Shown here piece after piece: positions 50,562 to 63,518 of a stretch of 64,000 nt of DNA. The DNA comes from Tubulanus polymorphus. Its lineage: Eukaryota; Animalia; Nemertea. The notes below the pieces were generated by a model that searched no databases, was not told the DNA's origin, and saw only the letters and a list, made by a program, of their open reading frames with translations. Position 1 is the first letter of the stretch. The number at the start of each line of letters is the position of its first letter. The stretch lies in the NCBI RefSeq assembly GCF_964204645.1, contig NW_027437432.1, forward strand, positions 62,001 through 126,000, given 5' to 3'. The translations under genes and the position numbers were made by a program.

Positions 50562-51624
50562 AAGCTGTTCTGTGATCGGGTTGAATGTGGCTGTGGCAGG
50601 TGGGGGGTCACCGGAACTGCTGTTCTGTGATTGGCTCAAGAAAGAGCCATCCACTAAAATAATGTAATAAGTTTGTAGAATAAATATTTATTGAAATACG
50701 TTTTAGAATTGAAGTTGAGCGTTTCATAACGAGATTGACTGCAGACGATCTAAACGAGCCCTGGTAAGCGAGGATGTCACAGAGACGCGCCTGATGGACA
50801 TATCGATTTGAGCCTGTTGAACACGTGACAACACGTGACTGCGGTGTAATCCAGACAATTCACAATAGGACCCCAAAATCCTACCGGAACCCCCATATCT
50901 GACCCCTGGTGGCGATTCATTCAACTAATTCTGTCATATGGTTGACGAACTGATGAACTGGCGTGGCGGGGGGTAATGAGGTCACCGAACGTCAGACAGA
51001 CATGCATTTCCGGTCATCTTAATTAGCGCATCACCTAATTAGCCTCACGTCACCTTAATTACCGCAATGAACGGATATAATCTGTGCCCATGTATAATCA
51101 AAACAAACATGTTATGAAATCACGTGATTAGTCGATACCCACTTGATCCGGTTCGGTAAACTTACACAAACACCTTAATGATGCATCCTCGCTCACCAGG
51201 GCTTGGTCCACATCGAATCATTCACGTGGAAGGTTCAAGTTAAGCCTGATTACAGTAGGCTCTTGGCTAGTTTCACAAAAAAGGTTAAGGCCCAATTCGA
51301 CTTAAGATAAACTGAATTAATGAAGAAATCAAATCGATTTAAGAGTTAAACCTTGAAACTGGGCCCTGGAGCCAGTTGCACAATCGTGACTTAAGGTGGT
51401 TTTGAACCGTTAAGACTGGTTTTAAGTTGTTAGATTGGCTATAGACCTAAGCTGGTCTTAGACTGGTCTTAAGTCTAAGCCATGACTATGCAACCGGCTC
51501 TTGGCTACTCGCCCTACAACATATTCGAAATCTTTATAGAAAAACCTGTTTGGTTAAAGATATTGGCAGCTAGGTGTCGCTGTTATCGATCTATGGTAAT
51601 ATCATTGAACACACTTGTCGCTAA

Positions 51625-51805
51625 GGAAGTGCTGGTCACTATGGAAGTGCTGGTCGCTATGGAAGTGCTGGTCACTATGGAAGTGCTGGTCACTATGATA
51701 GTGCTGGTCACTATGGAAGTGCTGGTCGCTATGGAAGTGCTGGTCACTATGGAAGTGCTGGTCACTATGGAAGTGCTGGTCACTATGGAAGTGCTGGTCG
51801 CTATG
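51625..51805. repeat. 18-bp minisatellite just upstream of the orphan membrane-protein ATG
   Basis: Unit GGAAGTGCTGGTCACTAT. Confidence 0.95.
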
Positions 51806-51843
51806 TAGCGGTACTTGATATAGAAAACAAGATGGTCACTTAG

Positions 51844-53214
51844 ATGATGCTGCGTTCTGAGCTGCTGTTGCCGCTGTTGCTGCTGATGCTGGTTTGTCTG
51901 TTTGGTGTCACGTGCTCTCAAAATCGGACACACGGAGGTAAAATGGCGTGATGACTTTGAGGAGATGGGGACGGGGGCAAGTGAGGGTAATGTCTGGTAA
52001 TTGGCACGCGACATCCCGTGGGTTCTGAAGAGGAGTAAATTTGTTTATAATTTTCAAGCGTAATCAGGTATTGAATTGTTTGGAAATTCGACGAAGAACG
52101 ACGTATTGGGACCAGCATTACGACGTTCAGATTGGCTGGAGTCAAATCCCCCGAATCCTTGACACATTTTTGTGATTGTTCAAGATTGATTTATATTTGT
52201 GTTATTTGAATTTCTCTCAACTGTTCTTTCTATGTCTAAATAAACTAAAACACAAATCATGTGAATATGCCAGTCCAAATATGACGGACATATTTTTAGT
52301 TTGAATGATGTCATAGCCTGGGAATCAAGCCATTTATGGTGTGTTTTTAGCTGAAGATAGAAATGCTCGTGTAGATTGCTGCCCCGGGACGATACGGTCA
52401 GGCAACCAAAGCGGAAGTGACATCACACACCGGATATTACGGAGGAAGAAACGATATCAGTATGCTGATAAACAAACTGATGATTTTAATTATGATTATG
52501 AATATAACGACTATGAAGATAAAACGGTTCGTTCCTGAATTCAACCAGTCGACCTGACGAGAGACGCCTCGGGCAACCCCACGAGTCACCCGGGGTTCGG
52601 TGATAACTTATCATACAAACTTATATCTTTCTAGAAAGATGTTTTGGATGAAGGCAGAATTGAAACAATGGGAAGAGTAATTGTCGGTTTCGTGTTAGTT
52701 TTAACGTTCTCCTGTTGTTGTTGTTATCTGACGTGTTGTCCGGTGTTAAAGTACGCTCTACCCCTAACGTGCGTTGCATGCAAGGCTAATTGTGACGTGT
52801 CGTGTTGTGCGTGGTGTCGTGGCAACCGTGATCCTGGTAACGTATTCCAATCGATTCAATTAATACATATTGACCACCAGTAGCCGCAGTACAGACTAGT
52901 GGCGTGTAAATTATCTCTAAATAATACATTAACACAATTATCTTAAACCAGAGAATTCAAGTCTGAGAGCTGGATCATTTATTCATTTTTGTTGTCACAA
53001 TAATTAATCGTAGACGTGTTGCAGCAGTACATGTGACACGGTGGTATGTCCTACTCGAGCGGGGGATACCCCACCCGAGAGGGGATACCCCACCCGAGCG
53101 GGGGATACCCCACCCGAGCCAGGGATACCCCCATCCGAGAGGGGATACCCCACCCGAGCGAGGGATGTCCCAGAATGCCCCACCTAACGGGGATATCAAA
53201 CAGGTGCTTAATAC
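51844..53214 (+). CDS. Orphan small type I membrane protein (signal peptide, furin site, acidic Tyr-rich segment, TM, Cys-rich tail)
   Basis: Exons 51844-51937, 52351-52526 and 52635-~52836 join in frame at GT-AG sites. The last exon starts at 53014, but its frame and stop position are ambiguous (short DVLQQYM* or a longer Cys/Pro-rich tail). Confidence 0.72.
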
Positions 53215-56200
53215 TTTTTCTCCAATCTATTTATAGCCTATCGTTGGGTAGAACTGGCGTGTAAAGAAGCGAAAGTTGAAATGCCGACTTATGAACAATA
53301 TATCGATCTGAAAACCACATACATTAAAGCGTGCGAAGAGGCTAAACAATAGCTGACTATCTTAATAAACAGACTTTTAATTTCAAATGACGTTGCTTTT
53401 ATTTTTCCAGTAAATAGGGTTTTATCTGTTACTACGTGTCAGCCAATCACAGCACTCCGGAGTGTGGGCGTGTCAGCCAATCACAGCGCTCGTTTTATGT
53501 ACATGTAAATAAATTAACGAATTGAAACGCGTTTATTTATTGGCTAGATGTGAATCGTAGCTCCTCGGACTACATGCCAGGGCAAGCGTCTCTGTATCAT
53601 CGGGTTCGAGCCCCAGCGTGGGCAAAGCGCGTCGATTTATAACTGTTTCGTTTAGAATCTTGGAACTCGTCTTGTAAACTGGTTGAGAGAAGAGATGCAC
53701 CGAGAGACGATAAAATTCTAATCTATTGTTGTGGAATTGATGATCATTGATCTCGACTGGTGATCGCTTTGATCCGGAGAGATAACTCCAGGAATAACTC
53801 TCTTTAATCGCAAGAATTACTTTACTCGCGAGTAGATTGAGATATATGACAGAGTTATTTAGATTTGTCTGATCGTGCGCTCAGTGGAATTGATGATCGA
53901 CCGACAGTTGCATTGACAAGGCCAAATTCAGTCTGTCTGTCCTCGCTTGCCGCGGGACCTGTTGCCAATAGAACGGATTATAATGACCAATATACGACAT
54001 TTGTTGAGATAAGATAATTTTATTGCTCTCCCACATTTTACATGGTTTAATGAAGGGATAAATATTTACATCAATAGAAACATAAAAACATTTTTAAAAC
54101 ATAACTAGGTTATTTACAATATATACAAATACATGTAAAATGTGAGACCAAAGTCTGAACTGTGGCCGACTTTCTAAGTGGTTCCACCTGGTGGCATACA
54201 ACGGAATAAGCATCCGATGATTAACTCCTTTTTTCAGACCGTGTCAGTCCAATATATGTTGATTTATGATAATTTCATACATGTCACCATGGGAAAAACA
54301 AGTGCGCGTTGAAGGCGTCACGTGATCAGACACAAACATTGATTAACACAAACATTGATGACGTCATTCTTTAACTTGCATGAAAATTGTAACTCACGCG
54401 TATCGAGACACTGTGGGTAATGTGGAATTGTGGAATTCAGCGCCTGTACCAATAGTTCCACATTAGTTTTAGGGAAACCCCTGGAACCACAGTTCCACAG
54501 TTAGATTTTGGGGGATTTTTGGATAAGATATAACATATTTTCTAGTTGTATACTAGAAACCGGACTGATGGTAGAGAGAGAGAGAGAGAGAGAGGGTCGG
54601 TGTATATTAACCTGTATTCAATTCACCGCAGTTCAGTGCACATTACTGGAATACCTGATTTACGCTGATCGACACAGTGGTCTGGGTGGTATCATAGAAA
54701 TCATACTACACAAATATGCGATAACATCAAAAACAAAAATACCAAATAGCAATTAATCGATTTGTTCTATGAGTAATTACATGGATCTGTACGGGTATGA
54801 TTGAACTAATGAAAATACCGCAAATTCACAAGTTCGATGGGAGTTGAGCTACATCAAAAAACACACATCAAATATCACATCGAGATTTACTCGATATATC
54901 AAAAATTCACAGCGAGATTTGCTCGATATATCAATTGGGTGTCAAGATTTGATATGATGATATGAATTGTGGCGTTGTGATCAAACTAATCATAATTTGA
55001 GTTGAAATCATTGAGAATGAGAAGGTTGTTATTAGTAACTAATAGCTGAATTACTGAATTTTACTGAATTTATTCAAACTGTCCTCATTATTTCTCTTGA
55101 AGTTGAAATGGTTTTTGTTCCAACAGAGAGAGAGAGAGAGAGGGGGAGAGAGAGAGATAGAGGGGGGAGAGAGAGAGAGAGGGGGAGAGAGAGAGAGAGA
55201 GAGGGGGGAGAGAGAGAGAGGGGGGAGAGAAAGAGAGAGAGGGGGGGAGAGAGAGAGAGCGAGAGGGGGGGGGAGTTTGAACACGGGTTCGGGAGAATCT
55301 ACAGTTCATTTATTGTAAAACATCGGTCTGAAATGTTTCTAAACCCAACGAACTTCACATCATTTTTTTTCTCACTTTCTTTATCTTGTTACAACATTTT
55401 TGTAACTGATTTTGATAAAGAAGTTCTCGACATGGATTCAACGTGTTTCTGGGGCAGCCACTAGTGCGCGTTTATATTTGATTTATAATACTGGATTAAT
55501 GAAGATTTACTCGGCAGTAACGACCAGTAAACTGACTGATCTATTCCAGGAGTAAAACACAGTTTGATAGAAGCGGCTGTTGAACTGGAACTGCACTGAA
55601 ACAACACACGCTGAACCTACCGGAAGTGCACTTGAATATTCGCCGGTGACAGTTTGTAGAAAATCCACTAGGTGGCGTCAATAATTAGAATGTCCGGCCA
55701 TTAGTCTCCTGATAATCAGTAAGGTAGCGGGTTGTCTTCGAGAGGGAGGTTAGCAATTAATTATACACTAATTAGTTGCACGATGTGGCAGGGAGGGGCG
55801 CCAGAGCAGACGTCAAATACAGACATGTAGAGTTACACAATTTGTAATGAATATGATAAATGTGGCTGTTGTAATCGGGCCTAACTTCGATTCATTCTAA
55901 CACACAATTCAGACTTTATTTGAGTTTTAACCAACATATTTTGATTCATGTTGATATCAAGTGATCTCTTGACGTTGACCTCGAGTGTTCATCGTCACTA
56001 TATACAGCATCAACACGCTACAGACTAGACGTCACCCTCCCCCCGACACGTCACCCCCCCCCCCCCCCCCGAACACGTCACCTCCCGACACGTCCCCCCG
56101 ACACGTCACCCTCCCCCGACACACGTCTCCACCGACAACTGATCGCACAACAATCTCCTTAACACAAACAACTCTTAACACAATTTATACAACAAAATTC

Positions 56201-57558
56201 AATTCAATTTATTCCAATTTATTCCAATTAATCATTTATTCACAGTAACTATAGTAACGAGACGATCTATAGTAACCATAGCAACGCTAAATATAAACGA
56301 ACATGTGAACAATGAATTATTGAAAGCTCTTTATATATGCAACTTTGTGAATTATTTCAATACAATATTTAAAACTAATTTGATGAAAGCCCAATTAGCC
56401 CGTGCTACCCTTAATTTTATAGAAAATAATTTGCTGAGATGTTCCCTTAACTTGATAGAAAATAATTTGCTGAGATGTTACCTTTACAAAGTGTGGATGT
56501 ATTCGAATATAAGTACTTAATCGAATCAGAATTGAACCACCGCGCAAATAAATCTTTTTTAACCGAAGAAATTTAAACATCACTGAATGAAACACTGATT
56601 GTTAACGAGTAACGATAATAATACAACATTCGAACAATTATTGTTAATACTGAATTAAAAATATTATTGAACATTTTTAGACAAATTATTCAAATTGTGG
56701 GAAAAATCTAAACTTTATATATTTAAATTTCAATAAATTTACATAAAGCGGTAATTTATGTAGCGTGTTGTGACGTAACGGTTTCGTCAGTAACGGTTTA
56801 TGAATGAAACAGTTCGAAATGTTCTTTATACAAATAAAAATGAAATCGAATCAAATACAAATATATTAATCCTATATAACATCTCCGTATGAAATGTATC
56901 TACTTATTTTAGTTTCAGCATCACAGATAAATTCTGCCTATAACAGGCATACTAAACACCGATATCACAGACCCACTCACTTTTTTGAAATCAAAACAAT
57001 TGACTGAAGTCTTATTAGAACCCATTAGAACCCACTGAAGTCTAATTAGAACCCACTGAAGTCTAATTAAAACCCACTGAAGTCTAATTAAAACCCACTG
57101 AAGTCTAATTAAAACCCACTGGTTCATTGTGTGTCGCTTTTATATCTCATTTCAAAGTCAATGTTTAACTAGTTTATAAAATACCTTTCAGATTTCATGT
57201 TTTCTCGAATGCCTCATTATAAATCAACAACCGGCCATACTCCCCACGACTACCCCCCCCCCCTCCCCCTCCCCCTCCCCCGGTATCTCCCTATCGACAC
57301 TAGCTCACAGTTTGAATATCTAAATGCATCAATATTACAACATAATATGTAAATCTAAAGACAATTAAATTTCAAATATTTATAATTCCTGCACTTGAAT
57401 CTTTTACTTATGTCTGAAGCGAGAATTGATTAAAATCGAAGAAGCCAAAAATGTCATGAATTTGACATGAACTGATAAATATTTGACGCGCGTCTTGTAT
57501 CAATGTTTCAGAGATTCTCAAATTGTTGATAATTCTGATAACTGTTCGACTGATATTT

Positions 57559-59154
57559 TCAAACGTCAGCGGCAGCAGCAGCAGCAGCGGGTTTAAGAAT
57601 CCCATCAGTACCACTGAGTATATGATTATCTAGTCTTACTGCTGTTATGTACGGTTTCGAGAGATTCTTCGTGTTCCACGCGCGGAATGTATTCTGTCCA
57701 CCACCGCTAGGGGGCGTTGAACGTTGTTGATTATTACCGCAGCGCCGCCTACCGAAACACGAGCGAATTACGCGACGATATTTCGAGTTACCAGTGGCGT
57801 AGAGATACGGGTTTAAACCAGAGTTTACTAGAACCAACCAGAACGAGATATCTCGAACCCACATCGGTATCGAACCCGGGACCGCCGTCGATATAATCCG
57901 TAATACTACATTCGGGGCCCAACACACCGTTACCATGACAACTAACAGCGCTAGTGCGCGCGCAGCTTTACGGTCCTGTTTAGAGAATATATCACGAATT
58001 AGTTCCTCATTTACACTGGATCTGCGGCGTAATAGCGCGGATGAATTCGTGCTTCGGCTTGTCACACTCACCGGCCTTTTATCGGCCAACATTCCCAAAT
58101 CAAACGAGACCCTCCGTGAGAACTGGGTCAGTCTATTCGGGTGACGGGGTTGGGGAGGTGTATTTGCGTTAAACACACTACAGGGGGCGCACGAGTGTCT
58201 ACGGTTTAAATTCGGGCGATTGTTTAGAATTCGTTTCGGTAGTTTTTCGTTTCCCGTCTCGATAACGGGTTTACTCGGTTCGGGTGACTCCGACTCCGAG
58301 TGATCGTTCGGATCAGTCCGTAACAATTCAGTAGCCTGCTCGTCCGCCGTCGAGCTACTTCCGCTTCCGCTATCCGTCGACGATTTACGCGATATGAAAC
58401 TTAACGTTTCCGAGGTAACCGAACGGCGAATATTGTTGTCTTTACGTCGAGCGATTTTCAAATAAATGGAAACGTTACAAACGATTAGCGCTGTTAGAGG
58501 CAGGAAGAATGTTACAATGGCGGCTGTTAGAATCACTCGTAGATCCTCGACTGGCTGTTCGCTACATTTTAACGATACCGTCAATATCTCATATTGTCTT
58601 CCGGATATTTGACGCCAAACGATATTTACAGGTCCGAATAATGCGAGTGAGAAGATCCACGCGCTCAGTATGATAACTACTGCTCGGCGTCTGCTCTGTT
58701 TAACCCGATACTGAAACGGCCAATGTATCGACCACCATCGATCTAAACTTATCATTAAAATACTAGAAAACGACGAGTAACATAACGAACTTTCAAATAG
58801 TGAATAAGTGTTACAAATTGAGGTGTTATAAGGCCACGATCCCGAGAGGGTGACCATTAAATTCACTGGCATACAACATCCAATCGTAAAGTCGGCCGCC
58901 GCTAAACTTATGATGAAATTATTCGAGAATTTTTGCAATTGTTTCGACATAGCATAGACAATGATCACGGATAGATTACCGACTATAGTTACTACTGTTA
59001 CTGATACGACTAACACTGATACAGCCCACATAATGAAAAAACTGTGACCGGTGACCCGCGTTGCTGTGGTGGCGCTTCCGTCAGTAACCGCTCGAATTGA
59101 GGTACTGTTCAGTTTCATCGCCATCGACGCTTCGTCAATCATTTTTAAATCCAT
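57559..59154 (-). CDS. Intronless aminergic-type class A GPCR (muscarinic/histamine H3-like orphan)
   Basis: 531 aa with GNLSV, SLAAADF, ISLDRWW, long ICL3, DRKAARAL, CWAP and NSGLNPYLY. An upstream splice acceptor at ~59265 implies a non-coding 5' exon. Confidence 0.92.
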   Translation of the reverse strand: MDLKMIDEASMAMKLNSTSIRAVTDGSATTATRVTGHSFFIMWAVSVLVVSVTVVTIVGNLSVIIVYAMSKQLQKFSNNFIISLAAADFTIGCCMPVNLMVTLSGSWPYNTSICNTYSLFESSLCYSSFSSILMISLDRWWSIHWPFQYRVKQSRRRAVVIILSAWIFSLALFGPVNIVWRQISGRQYEILTVSLKCSEQPVEDLRVILTAAIVTFFLPLTALIVCNVSIYLKIARRKDNNIRRSVTSETLSFISRKSSTDSGSGSSSTADEQATELLRTDPNDHSESESPEPSKPVIETGNEKLPKRILNNRPNLNRRHSCAPCSVFNANTPPQPRHPNRLTQFSRRVSFDLGMLADKRPVSVTSRSTNSSALLRRRSSVNEELIRDIFSKQDRKAARALALLVVMVTVCWAPNVVLRIISTAVPGSIPMWVRDISFWLVLVNSGLNPYLYATGNSKYRRVIRSCFGRRRCGNNQQRSTPPSGGGQNTFRAWNTKNLSKPYITAVRLDNHILSGTDGILKPAAAAAAADV

Positions 59155-59384
59155 CTCGTGATTTATCCATCTCGTGATTTTCGGAATTTGTGAACGTATT
59201 TTTATTATCCCTGGTATCTGAATTCACTGTAGTTCACGGGGAGATTCGTCGCTGCCATTTTACCTGAAATTATAGACAGGACAAATATATTTACAGACAT
59301 ATTGATACATATGAACTTTAGCAAAGGAATGAATTCCAAATAGACATGTGTTAAACCTAATGACAGGTGTAACGCATTCTAATA

Positions 59385-59465
59385 GCTCTCCCTCTCTCGC
59401 CCCTCTCCCTCTCTCTCCCCCTCTCCTCTCTCTTCTCTCTCTCCGTCTCCTCTCTCTCCGTCTCC

Positions 59466-59523
<58 letters not shown>

Positions 59524-59709
59524 TCTCTCCCTCTCCCTCTCCCTCTCCCTCTCCCTCTCCCTCTCCCTCTCCCTCTCCCTCTCCCTCTCCCTCTCCCTCT
59601 CCCTCTCCCTCTCCCTCTCCCTCTCCCTCTCCCTCTCCCTCTCCCTCTCCCTCTCCCTCTCCCTCTCCCTCTCCCTCTCCCTCTCCCTCTCCCTCTCCCT
59701 CTCCCCTCT

Positions 59710-59761
<52 letters not shown>

Positions 59762-59797
59762 TCTCTCCCTCTCTCTCTCTCTCGTCCCTCTCTCTCG
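59385..59797. repeat. CT/(CCCTCT)n polypyrimidine microsatellite; similar GA tracts at 4895-5000, 14715-14935, 55124-55275
   Basis: Visible directly. Confidence 0.95.
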
Positions 59798-60429
59798 CAT
59801 TAACAACCAGTCCAGACAGAAACTGGGCACAAAGCCATTTATTTACATTTCTTACATAAACCTGTTCCAAATTTCTTCTCGTAAATTTGGGCAAAAATGA
59901 ACTTTTTAAATGCTCAAAATGCGCTGTTAATGATTATAACAGACTTGAGACATGAAACCCGTAGGGTCAGGTGTCTCTCTGAATACTGTTACATCAGTTT
60001 TCTATCAGTGTTTAGCAACTGGACCTAGTTTTGTGGCAGATTATAAACCACGTTTTACAACTGAAAGTATTCTAACTCAACCATATTTTGACTGACAGGT
60101 TCCAGTTTGAACTTTATTTCAGTGGTTGATGATCTGTGGAAACAGGTTTATATAAAGCCAGCCTTTGTTCCAGTAACGCCAGCTCGGAGGTCTCCGACAC
60201 AAGCTTAAATAGATCGAAAACCTTGAGATGTTCTTGGATGTAAATATGTCCCTCAAACGTCCTCGGGGAAAGAGAGGGTGGGAGGGGGAGGAGGGAGGAA
60301 GGGAGGGGAGAGCGGGACTCAGAAATTCCAAACTGATCGGTTATTTATTGAACACTGGTTTGTTTATACAAACTACTAAACACTTAGTAATGAGAGGTAT
60401 TTCTATAGAATAAACTAATCACACCGAAC

Positions 60430-60675
60430 TGAGGGTATCAACCTGCCCGCAATTGAACTAGAGGTATCAACCTGCCCGCAATAGAGCTAGAGGTATCAAC
60501 CTGCCCGCAATAGAGCTAGAGGTATCAACCTGCCCGCAATAGAGCTAGAGGTATCAACCTGCCCGCAATAGAGCTAGAGGTATCAACCTGCCCGCAATAG
60601 AGCTAGAGGTATCAACCTGCCCGCAATAGAGCTAGAGGTATCAACCTGCCCGCAATAGAACTAGAGGTATCAACA
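60430..60675. repeat. 29-bp minisatellite
   Basis: Unit GAGGTATCAACCTGCCCGCAATAGAGCTA. Confidence 0.95.
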
Positions 60676-61458
60676 ATACAAATGTGAGTTTTCAATCGAC
60701 CTGTGGATCTATTCTAAAGGATCTATGATTTTACAAATTTCAACTGTAAAAATAAAAGTGCTATTAGGCCTAAATGTATAGAATCGTTACTAACCTGATC
60801 CAAATCGCACCTACAGGCCGACACTCCACTCATTCATTTATTCCGTTTTATAAATCCTGCAATAAAAAGTGTATAGTCACAATATGATGACAACCTGTGA
60901 CACAGCGAGAAAAAAATGCAATTTTGTAAATTATGTTGGTTTCACGTAGGAGACTATATCTGATAGACAGGGCCCCAGACTCGTTTAAGAGTGAAGTAGA
61001 TCATCATACAAGTGCTTGTGAACTGCTCGCTACTGGTCAGACTGATTTAGTTATTGACAGCAACAGCATTTTAAATCCAATTTCTAATAGTTGTGATACA
61101 CGGGGGTTTGAAAATCGAAAACGAATTTAATTTACATAATTTTAGAACCAAAACTCGATGATTTCAGAACAGATTTTAAAATGTTCCGACTCACACACGG
61201 CCTATGGCCTGTAGTTGTAACGGTTACAATTCTACAAATCGGATATCTTTAAAATTCTGTTTAAAGCATCTGGCGCTTTTACTATTTATTATCGAAATGA
61301 AATATCTGGAGCTTAAAATCGCAGAATTCCATGTAAACAAACACTCACAATGAATATACAAGAACCGCTGTTCACAGAGATTCACGTGAATTAAATATAA
61401 TCTGGGTTTATATGTTTCGGTTTAAATTACTAGAATTAGTTTTCAAGTTTGTCGCAAT

Positions 61459-61912
61459 ACACAGCCCCAGGACGCAGCCCCAGGACACAGTCCGAATACA
61501 CAGCCCCAGGACGCAGCCCCAGGACGCAGTCCCAGGACACAGCCCCAGGACGCAGCGACAGGACACAGCCCCAGGACGCAGCCCCAGGACGCAGTCCCAG
61601 GACACAGCCCCAGGACGCAGCGACAGGACGCCGCCCCAGGACGCAGTTCCAGGACGCCGCCCCAGGACACAGTCCAAGGACGCAGTTCCAGGACACTGTC
61701 CCAGGACGCAGCCCCAGGACACAGTCCGAATACACAGCCCCAGGACGCAGCCCCAGGACGCAGTCCCAGGACACAGCCCCAGGACGCAGCGACAGGACAC
61801 AGCCCCAGGACGCAGTTCCAGGACGCCGCCCCAGGACACAGTCCAAGGACGCAGTTCCAGGACACTGTCCCAGGACGCAGTTCCAGGACGCAGTCCAAGG
61901 ACACAGTCCGAA
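61459..61912. repeat. 13-bp-based minisatellite with higher-order structure
   Basis: Variants of CCCCAGGAC(G/A)CAG. Confidence 0.95.
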
Positions 61913-62339
61913 TCTATCTTTGTCGCTGCCGAAACAAAAAATTAAAATCTGCTCGATATTCAAAGAATATTAAAATAGTGAATGAATATTTCGGGTTCTA
62001 TTTATAGTTATGCGGGGAGAGCATCTGCTACTGTCGATAGCTATGAATATAAAATGATAACTAGTTTGATGAAACGATAAGCAGGTGTTTCAGGAGACTG
62101 GTTTATTGTTTTACAAGTTTCCCCTCCGTCACCCAAACCGGAAATTACATTTGTCTTTACGACGTCATGAAAACCATTATGACGTCACTAAATCACCGGT
62201 AGCTATGACGTCATCTTATGTGTCTATAGATTTTATTAATGGATCAGAAATAAAAGAGAGATTTTTATTTTGGAGAAATATTTCCCAGAATATTCTCACT
62301 GAAACAAGCTATACCAGATCCCAGTTCCTGGAACCAGCC

Positions 62340-62871
62340 ATCCTGCCACCCCGCCTGAATGCAGGAATCCTGCCTACCCGTCTGAATGCGGGAATCCTGC
62401 CACCCCGCCTGAATGCAGGAATCCTGCCACCCCGTCTGAATGCGGGAATCCTGCCACCCCGCCTGAATGCGGGAATCCTGCCACCCCGCCTGAATGCAGG
62501 AATCCTGCCACCCCGTCTGAATGCGGGAATCCTGCCACCCCGCCTGAATGCGGGAATCCTGCCACCCCGCCTGAATGCAGGAATCCTGCCACCCCGTCTG
62601 AATGCGGGAATCCTGCCACCCCGCCTGAATGCGGGAATCCTGCCACCCCGCCTGAATGCAGGAATCCTGCCACCCCGCCTGAATGCGGGAATCCTGCCAC
62701 CCCGCCTGAATGCAGGAATCCTGCCACCCCGCCTGAATGCAGGAATCCTGCCACCCCGCCTGAATGCGGGAATCCTGCCACCCCGCCTGAATGCAGGAAT
62801 CCTGCCACCCCGCCTGAATGCGGGAATCCTGCCACCCCGCCTGAATGCAGGAATCCTGCCACCCCACCTGA
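62340..62871. repeat. 30-bp minisatellite
   Basis: Unit ATCCTGCCACCCCGCCTGAATGC(A/G)GGA-type; it gives rise to the spurious 290-aa ORF. Confidence 0.9.
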
Positions 62872-63032
62872 CTGTGTTATTATACATTGGAATAGTCTGT
62901 ATTTTCATGATTTGCGCAGAAATCGAGTTGATTAATGAGAATATGAATAAAAAATAGAGAGATCAGTAAAGAGTAATAGTGAACTGAGCAGACGACATTA
63001 CAGTGAGAGAGAGCTGCTGCTGCTGCTGCTGC

Positions 63033-63063
<31 letters not shown>

Positions 63064-63447
63064 GCAGCTGCCGTGTGGGCGTTTGAACTGTTTACTGCAC
63101 GGTCCAGCGGGAATAATATAGCCGACGATTATGACGTCAAAACGCAACGCTTCAATTCGGCGGTTGAATAATTCGATTTGTTGAAATTGTATCTCATGAT
63201 GATTTGGATGAGAGACACAAATTCAATTCAATTTTGTTGTAGTCGACGTTAGGGAATTTTTCCCTATTTCAGAACAGTCCATAAAACAGGCGATTATTTT
63301 AGACACCATCAATTCGACTATTACTGGCGCCTCGGAGTAAAAAATGTCCAAAGGTGCTTCTCCACTTCAAAATAGAAACATTTTCTATTTGATATTAGGC
63401 TAGGTTTCAGCATCGAAAAATGCTAATTAACCCTAATCCTAGCTGAA

Positions 63448-63518
63448 GCCCCTCACCGAGATTTGAACCTGGGTTCCTCAGTAGCCAGTCCACTGTCCTA
63501 ACTACTAGACCACGGAGC
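63448..63518 (-). pseudogene. tRNA-derived sequence (SINE head or tRNA pseudogene)
   Basis: GCTCCGTGGTCTAGTAGTTAGGAC...CCAGGTTCAAATCTCGG has A-box and B-box motifs at tRNA spacing. The anticodon stem does not pair. Confidence 0.6.

Noticed and set aside
53550-53625. tRNA-like B box GGTTCGAGCC
   Set aside because: No cloverleaf or clear A box could be built; at most a decayed SINE.
59348-59894. RG/GE/LS dipeptide-repeat ORFs, also at 55051-55464, 29234-29576 and 30508-30846
   Set aside because: These are microsatellite translations.
62085-62957. 290-aa ORF with ILPPRLNAG repeats
   Set aside because: It is a minisatellite open in several frames on both strands, and the flanks have no protein-like features.
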